30,414 nucleotides of DNA from the NCBI GenBank assembly GCA_037445415.1, contig JBBIKO010000001.1, positions 1-30,414 on the forward strand, read 5' to 3'. Source of the stretch: Bacteroidota bacterium. GTDB lineage: Bacteria > Bacteroidota > Bacteroidia > Bacteroidales > GWA2-32-17. The notes below the pieces were generated by a model. It ran no database searches and was not told where the DNA came from. It was given only the letters and a program-made list of their open reading frames with translations. This document shows, piece after piece, positions 24,923-30,414 of the stretch; position 1 is the first letter of the stretch; every line of letters begins with the position of its first letter. The position numbers were made by a program, and so were the translations under genes.

Positions 24923-26023
24923 ATGAAAGCAAAAATTATAATTATTTTAATGCTTATAAGTGTATCGACTTATGTTATGTCGCAAACTCAATCAGCAAAA
25001 ATTACTTTTGCCCAAGAATCTAACGATTTTGGCAAAATTGCTGAAGAAAAAGGTCCTGTAACTACCGAATTTACATTTACTAACACAGGAGCTCAACCTC
25101 TAATAATTCAAAATGTTAGGGCTTCGTGTGGATGCACTGCACCAGACTGGACAAAAGATCCTGTTCTCCCTGGGAAAAAGGGTATTGTAAAAGCAACTTT
25201 CGATCCCAAAGGTCGTCCAGGTCCATTCAACAAATCTATTACCGTTACAAGCAACGCCGAAAATTCAACAGTTATACTTACAATTAAAGGCGAAGTGTTG
25301 CCAAAACCTAAAACTATAGAAGATGATTATCCTATGCAAGTAGGCAACATACGTTTAAAAACCAATCATTTAGCATTTATTAAGGTATTCAATACCCAGA
25401 TTAAAACAGATAGTATTCCCATTATAAATACTTCTCAAGAAAATGTTAAACTTACTTTTACAAATGTTCCTTCACATTTATCTGTAAAATCTATTCCTAC
25501 CGAGTTAAAGCCAAGTCAAAAAGGACGTATTGAAATTACTTATGATGGAAACAAGCAAAAAGATTGGGGTTTTATAATGGATAGAATTGATATGTTAATA
25601 AATGGAAAATCCGATCCTAATAATAGAATTTCTGTTAGCGCTACAATTGAAGAAGATTTTACTAAACTTACAACAGAACAACGTGCTAATGCTCCTAAAG
25701 CAATTTTTAATACTAATGAATTTAATTTCGGAACTATTAACGAAGGTGAAAAAAAAGAATACGATTTTATATTAAAAAATGAAGGTAAAAGTGATTTAAT
25801 TATTAGAAAAGTTAAAGCATCTTGTGGTTGTACAGCTGTAACACCAACAGAAACAGTTATTAAGTCAGGAAAGTCTACAAATATTAAAACAATTTTTGAT
25901 TCAACAGGCAAACCAGGTAAACAAAATAGAACAATCACCATTATTACGAATGATCCTAACAATTCAAATATTGTATTACGAGTTGTTGGAGACGTTATAA
26001 AAAAAGAATCTACAAACCAATAA
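24923..26023 (+). CDS. DUF1573 domain-containing protein (three Ig-like modules)
   Basis: Signal peptide; two canonical modules (FTNTGAQPLIIQNVRASCGCT; LKNEGKSDLIIRKVKASCGCT) flanking a Cys-less middle module. Confidence 0.9.
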   Translation: MKAKIIIILMLISVSTYVMSQTQSAKITFAQESNDFGKIAEEKGPVTTEFTFTNTGAQPLIIQNVRASCGCTAPDWTKDPVLPGKKGIVKATFDPKGRPGPFNKSITVTSNAENSTVILTIKGEVLPKPKTIEDDYPMQVGNIRLKTNHLAFIKVFNTQIKTDSIPIINTSQENVKLTFTNVPSHLSVKSIPTELKPSQKGRIEITYDGNKQKDWGFIMDRIDMLINGKSDPNNRISVSATIEEDFTKLTTEQRANAPKAIFNTNEFNFGTINEGEKKEYDFILKNEGKSDLIIRKVKASCGCTAVTPTETVIKSGKSTNIKTIFDSTGKPGKQNRTITIITNDPNNSNIVLRVVGDVIKKESTNQ

Positions 26024-26052
26024 AATATTTTAATCAATATTTTTATTGCAAT

Positions 26053-26090
26053 GTTTTGTTTGAGTATAAAACTCAAGCAAAACTTTATTT
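26053..26090 (+). terminator. Intrinsic terminator after the DUF1573 gene
   Basis: 13-bp stem GTTTTGTTTGAGT-ATAAA-ACTCAAGCAAAAC followed by TTTATTT. Confidence 0.65.
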
Positions 26091-26200
26091 ATAACTCAAT
26101 TGTGTTATTTAATTAAAATTATAAAACAAACATTTTTACAATAAAATATCAAAATTATTTTTATGGCATAATTTGTGTTAATTTGCAAAAAAAATTAACT

Positions 26201-29200
26201 ATGAAAACGTTACTTTTTATTTGTAGCATTATGCTAATAAATTATTATGCAATGAATCAAACAAAACCTTTTCCTTATAAAAAAATTTGGCAGAAAGTTG
26301 ATAGTTTAGAAAATAAAGGGATGGTTAAATCGGCATTAGAAATTGTATTAAATATAAACGATGTTGCAAAAAAAGAAAATAATGTTATACAAGTTATTAA
26401 ATCATATATTTATCAAGTAAAATATAAAAATATTATAGAAGAAAATGCTTACGAAAAATTGCTTCAAGAAATAAGCAAAGAAGCAGAACATTCTACTTTT
26501 CCTTATTCATCGTTTTATCATACTTTATGCGCAGAGCTATTTTGGCAATATTATCAGGCAAATCGCATCCGCTTTTTAAATAGAACATATTCTACAGACG
26601 AAAGTGAAGATATAAGTACGTGGAGTCTTCATCATTTAGCCAACGTTATAATTAAACATCATCTTAAAGCTCTTGAACAAAAAGAATTGCTCCAAAAAAT
26701 TTCTATAAAAGAATTTAAAGAATTATTGACAGAAGGCGAAAATACAGAAAATTTAAGACCAACTTTGTACGATTTTATTGCCTTTCGTGCTGTTGACTTT
26801 TTCTCAAACAAAGAAATTACTTTAAGTAAACCTGCAGATACTTTTAGTTTAAACGATAGCATTTTTTTCTGCGATGCAAAAGATTTTGTAAATCTTAGAG
26901 TAAGTTCAAACGATAGCATGTCGTTACAATTTTATGGAATTTTAATTTTACAAGATATACTTAAATTTCGGTTGAACGATAAAAATACTGAAGCATATAT
27001 AGATGCTGATTTAAAGAGACTTGTATTTGTTTACAAAAATTCGTTGTTAGAAAATAAAAGTAATTTTTATTTGAGTGCATTGGAAAAATTATATCAAAAT
27101 GTACAGTCTAATTCATATAGTAATGCTGTAGTATATAATATTGTTTTAACAATGAAAGGATTATCTGGAAGATATAATTTAAAAGATTCTACAACTTATA
27201 GGTATAAAAATTTTCTGATTAAAGCTTGTCAAATGGCAGAAGAGGCTATAAAAAAACATCCGCAATCAACATATAATCCCAATCTAGAAAATATTTTATT
27301 TTACATAAAACAACCTTCATTATCTTTTAATTTAGAAGAAGCAAATATACCAAACGAACCAATCGTAATAAATTATAATTTTAAAAATGTTGAAAAAATT
27401 TATACATTTATTCGTTCTATTGATCGAAATACTTTCGAAGATTTAATATATGAATATTTCGACAATACACTAATTCAAAATCTTTTAAGTAAATCAAAAC
27501 CTGTTCTTGAAAAAAGAACTACTATTATAGCCGAAAAAGACTATCTCTTTCATTCAACAGAAGAAATAATTAAAGGATTACCATCAGGATTTTACATTGT
27601 TTTCGCATCAAACAAACCAGATATAACTAATAATCAAGCGATTCGCTGTTTACAAAAACTCGTTATAACCAATATTTCGGTAATTAGTTCGCAAAATATC
27701 GATGGTTCGTATAATATTATTGTTACCGACAGAAAATATGGCAAATTTATTCAAAATGCAACTATTACTGAGTACTGGACAGAATACGGACAAATAAAAA
27801 ATCAGAACGTTAGAGGACAAACATATTTTACAGATAATAAAGGTATGGCAACAATCTTAACCCCAGATAATCCTTATAGGAAAAAAAAATATGGAAATGT
27901 TCTTATTGAAGTTAAAGCGAATAATGAAACATATTTGACATTTAAATATTTTTATTTTTCGGGTTTGTATAATCAGAATAAGGAAAATAAAATTAATTCT
28001 GTTACATTGTTTACCGATAGAGCAATTTATCGTCCAGGACAAACTGTTTATTATAAAGGTTTATTGTTACAACGCAAAGATAAAAATATTTCAATTGTAC
28101 CAAATTTTAATGTAAATGTAGCTTTGCGTGATGTAAATTATCAAATAGTTGAAGAGCAATTAAAAACAACTAACGATTTCGGGACATTTAGTGGTTCTTT
28201 CGTTATACCAGAAGGATTATTAAATGGAACATTTACACTAAAGACACCTTATGGAAGCTGTAATATAAAAGTAGAAGAATATAAGCGACCACGATTTTTT
28301 GTTGAAACAGAAGCTATTGATAAAGAATATTATTTGAATGATACAGTAATTATTAAAGCACTAGTAAAAAGCTATGCAGGCGTATCGTTACAAAATATTC
28401 CTGTAAAATACAGAGTAATACGCATACCAAAATATAGATATTATTGGGAATATTACAGAAAACTAACAGAAGTAGAAATTACAAATGGACTTATTTCAAC
28501 CGATGAAAATGGAATAGCATATATTAAGTTTAAAGCTATTGCCGATAAAAACGAATTGCTAACCGAAAATTTGTTTTACAGCTTCAAAGTGCAAATTGAT
28601 GCTACCGATATAAATCAAGAGACACAATCTGCCGAATGTATTGTTTCTGCTGGTACTATTGGAATATATTTCGATGTTTCATTAAAAGAAATAGTTAATA
28701 GCAAAGAATTATCTAATGTTGCTTATACTGTTAAAAACTTCAATGGCAAAAAGTTAAATTTGAAAGGAACATATTACTTATACAAATTAGAAGATATTAA
28801 AACACCACTTAGAGATAGATTATGGTCAGCGCCAGATATCTTCATATATAACAAATCAGAATGGGAAAAATTATATTCTGGTAATGTTTACGATAAAAGC
28901 ATAAACATATACGATTTAAAACCAATTCAGAAAGTTTTTACTGGTTTTTTTGATTCACGAACAGATAGTGTTTTAAATTTTTCTGGTTATACCTTATGGC
29001 AACCCGGAGCGTATTTATTAGAACTTGTTTCAACAGATAGTCGAGGCAAGGAAGTCAAACATAAACAATATTTTACTGTTTATTCAGAAAATTTTTCAAC
29101 TATTCCAAACAACGATCCTTTGTTTGTTGTATGCGAAAAAGAACAAGCTAAAGTAGGTAATAGTGTCAAATTTATTATTGGAAGTGCCTATCCCACTGCT

Positions 29201-30414
29201 AATGTTTTTATGATAACTTCTTCGCTTAATAATAAAGAAGAATATAATATAATAGAGTTAAAAAATCAGGAACAATCAATTATAGAAATACCTATACAAG
29301 AAAAGCATAGGGGAAATGTTATTGTTCAGTTCATAACAATAATTCAAAATAGAGAATACCAGAAAGACTATAAAATATATGTTCCTTACGACAATAAAGA
29401 ATTATTAATTAAAACTGAAACATTTCGTTCAAAAATATATCCTGGCTCAAAAGAAACTTGGAAGTTTAAAATTTTAGGTAAAAATAGTGAACAAATATCT
29501 GCCGAGCTACTTGCGTCTATGTACGATAAATCACTTGATGCATTTGTAAAACATAGCTGGTATTTTTCACCATATTTATATCATAATTATTTTAAAACAT
29601 ATTCTGCCGAAATGTTTTCTTTTAATTTTAGCAATTGCTATTTTCTAAATAATAAAGTTCCTAGCTATACTAATTTTGTTTATCCCAAGCTTAACCTTTT
29701 TGGTTTATATTATTACTATGGAGTTTACAGACCAGGTGCTATTAAATATAGGAAAAATGGCAATAATAAACTAGCTACTGTTATGACAAAAGCACCGGTA
29801 GAAGAAAGTAGTTCTACGGTTATTATGGATCAAGAAAGTAATAGGCAAGAATATCAGAAAAAAATAGAGAGTTCAGAAAATAAATCTGAAGCCTCTCAAC
29901 CAATTGTTAGAACTAATTTAAACGAAACAGCTTTTTTCCTTCCAGAACTAAGAACTAATGAAAAAGGAGAAATAGAGTTTACTTTTAATAGTCCCGAAGC
30001 ATTAACTACCTGGAAATTTATGGCTTTTGCACATAGCAAAGATTTAAGATACGGTTTTTACGAGAACGAGTGTATTACTCAAAAAGAAATAATGATAACA
30101 CCACAATTACCACGTTTTTTCAGAGAAGGCGATAGTTTAAATATTTTTATAAAAATAGACAATTTATCTAAAACTGAACAAAAATTAAGTATATCTATTA
30201 AGATAGAAGATGCTATTGCGAATCAGAAAAACTTCTTTTTTAAATCAGAAAAAAACATAACCCTAAAGCCTAATTCTAGTGAAGCTGTTTCGTTTGCTTA
30301 TATTGTTCCTTATGGCATTAGTTTGGTAAAAGTTACTGCTATTGCTCAAAATAAAAGTTTTAGCGATGGCGAAGAAACAATATTGCCTGTATTACCCAAT
30401 AGGATGCTTGTTAG
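26201..30414 (+). CDS. Alpha-2-macroglobulin family (MG2 domain) protein; partial, runs off the window's right edge
   Basis: ATG 26201 with signal peptide; YKKIWQKVDSLE...SAL; LRPTLYDFIAFRA; LFTDRAIYRPGQTVYYKG; TNDFGTFSGSF; VEEYKRPRF; RTNLNETAFFLPEL...PEALTTWKF; DGEETILPVLPNRMLV. Start and end segments share a frame, and the track lists no stop-terminated ORF in it. Confidence 0.92.
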   Translation, partial: MKTLLFICSIMLINYYAMNQTKPFPYKKIWQKVDSLENKGMVKSALEIVLNINDVAKKENNVIQVIKSYIYQVKYKNIIEENAYEKLLQEISKEAEHSTFPYSSFYHTLCAELFWQYYQANRIRFLNRTYSTDESEDISTWSLHHLANVIIKHHLKALEQKELLQKISIKEFKELLTEGENTENLRPTLYDFIAFRAVDFFSNKEITLSKPADTFSLNDSIFFCDAKDFVNLRVSSNDSMSLQFYGILILQDILKFRLNDKNTEAYIDADLKRLVFVYKNSLLENKSNFYLSALEKLYQNVQSNSYSNAVVYNIVLTMKGLSGRYNLKDSTTYRYKNFLIKACQMAEEAIKKHPQSTYNPNLENILFYIKQPSLSFNLEEANIPNEPIVINYNFKNVEKIYTFIRSIDRNTFEDLIYEYFDNTLIQNLLSKSKPVLEKRTTIIAEKDYLFHSTEEIIKGLPSGFYIVFASNKPDITNNQAIRCLQKLVITNISVISSQNIDGSYNIIVTDRKYGKFIQNATITEYWTEYGQIKNQNVRGQTYFTDNKGMATILTPDNPYRKKKYGNVLIEVKANNETYLTFKYFYFSGLYNQNKENKINSVTLFTDRAIYRPGQTVYYKGLLLQRKDKNISIVPNFNVNVALRDVNYQIVEEQLKTTNDFGTFSGSFVIPEGLLNGTFTLKTPYGSCNIKVEEYKRPRFFVETEAIDKEYYLNDTVIIKALVKSYAGVSLQNIPVKYRVIRIPKYRYYWEYYRKLTEVEITNGLISTDENGIAYIKFKAIADKNELLTENLFYSFKVQIDATDINQETQSAECIVSAGTIGIYFDVSLKEIVNSKELSNVAYTVKNFNGKKLNLKGTYYLYKLEDIKTPLRDRLWSAPDIFIYNKSEWEKLYSGNVYDKSINIYDLKPIQKVFTGFFDSRTDSVLNFSGYTLWQPGAYLLELVSTDSRGKEVKHKQYFTVYSENFSTIPNNDPLFVVCEKEQAKVGNSVKFIIGSAYPTANVFMITSSLNNKEEYNIIELKNQEQSIIEIPIQEKHRGNVIVQFITIIQNREYQKDYKIYVPYDNKELLIKTETFRSKIYPGSKETWKFKILGKNSEQISAELLASMYDKSLDAFVKHSWYFSPYLYHNYFKTYSAEMFSFNFSNCYFLNNKVPSYTNFVYPKLNLFGLYYYYGVYRPGAIKYRKNGNNKLATVMTKAPVEESSSTVIMDQESNRQEYQKKIESSENKSEASQPIVRTNLNETAFFLPELRTNEKGEIEFTFNSPEALTTWKFMAFAHSKDLRYGFYENECITQKEIMITPQLPRFFREGDSLNIFIKIDNLSKTEQKLSISIKIEDAIANQKNFFFKSEKNITLKPNSSEAVSFAYIVPYGISLVKVTAIAQNKSFSDGEETILPVLPNRMLV

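Noticed and set aside
21376-28042. Track ORFs 21376-21588, 21855-22073, 25540-26076, 26659-26919, 27857-28042
   Set aside because: Antisense shadows of supported plus-strand genes; the 178-aa ORF mirrors the DUF1573 reading frame.
1-30414. CRISPR array, rRNA, transposase or integrase
   Set aside because: No regularly spaced repeats, rRNA-like sequence, or DDE/tyrosine recombinase motifs were seen; nearly all sequence is explained by other genes.

Overview
AT-rich (roughly 30% GC by spot counts) chromosomal segment from a Bacteroidota bacterium, judged by TAnnTTTG -7 promoter boxes, a T9SS C-terminal domain, and DUF1573, BatA and propeller-SpoIIE genes. It is mostly housekeeping and envelope genes. 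Left to right: a divergent cyanophycin synthetase (runs off the left edge, absent from the ORF track), a Wzi/RemB-like outer-membrane protein, an SDR epimerase, a PhoR/PhoP-like two-component pair, a coupled pepP - alpha/beta-hydrolase - ispG - rlmH operon, a BatA/vWA protein, a transglutaminase-like protein, manA-engB-TonB-like on the minus strand, a 1081-aa T9SS-secreted multidomain alpha/beta hydrolase, a decayed tRNA-Val(TAC), an unknown secreted protein coupled to a propeller/Y_Y_Y/PP2C sensor phosphatase, a DUF1573 protein, and an alpha-2-macroglobulin (runs off the right edge, absent from the track). Most notable: (1) a 25/26-nt inverted repeat pair bracketing the T9SS hydrolase gene plus the tRNA relic, with no recombinase in the window; (2) two frameshifts about 1 kb apart in pepP and ispG, which may be assembly errors; (3) a CphA with an intact N-domain hydrolase motif but altered ligase motifs; (4) a cutinase/PETase-like catalytic triad on a T9SS adhesin-like scaffold. 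No CRISPR array, rRNA, transposase or integrase was seen. All family calls come from motif recognition, not database searches.
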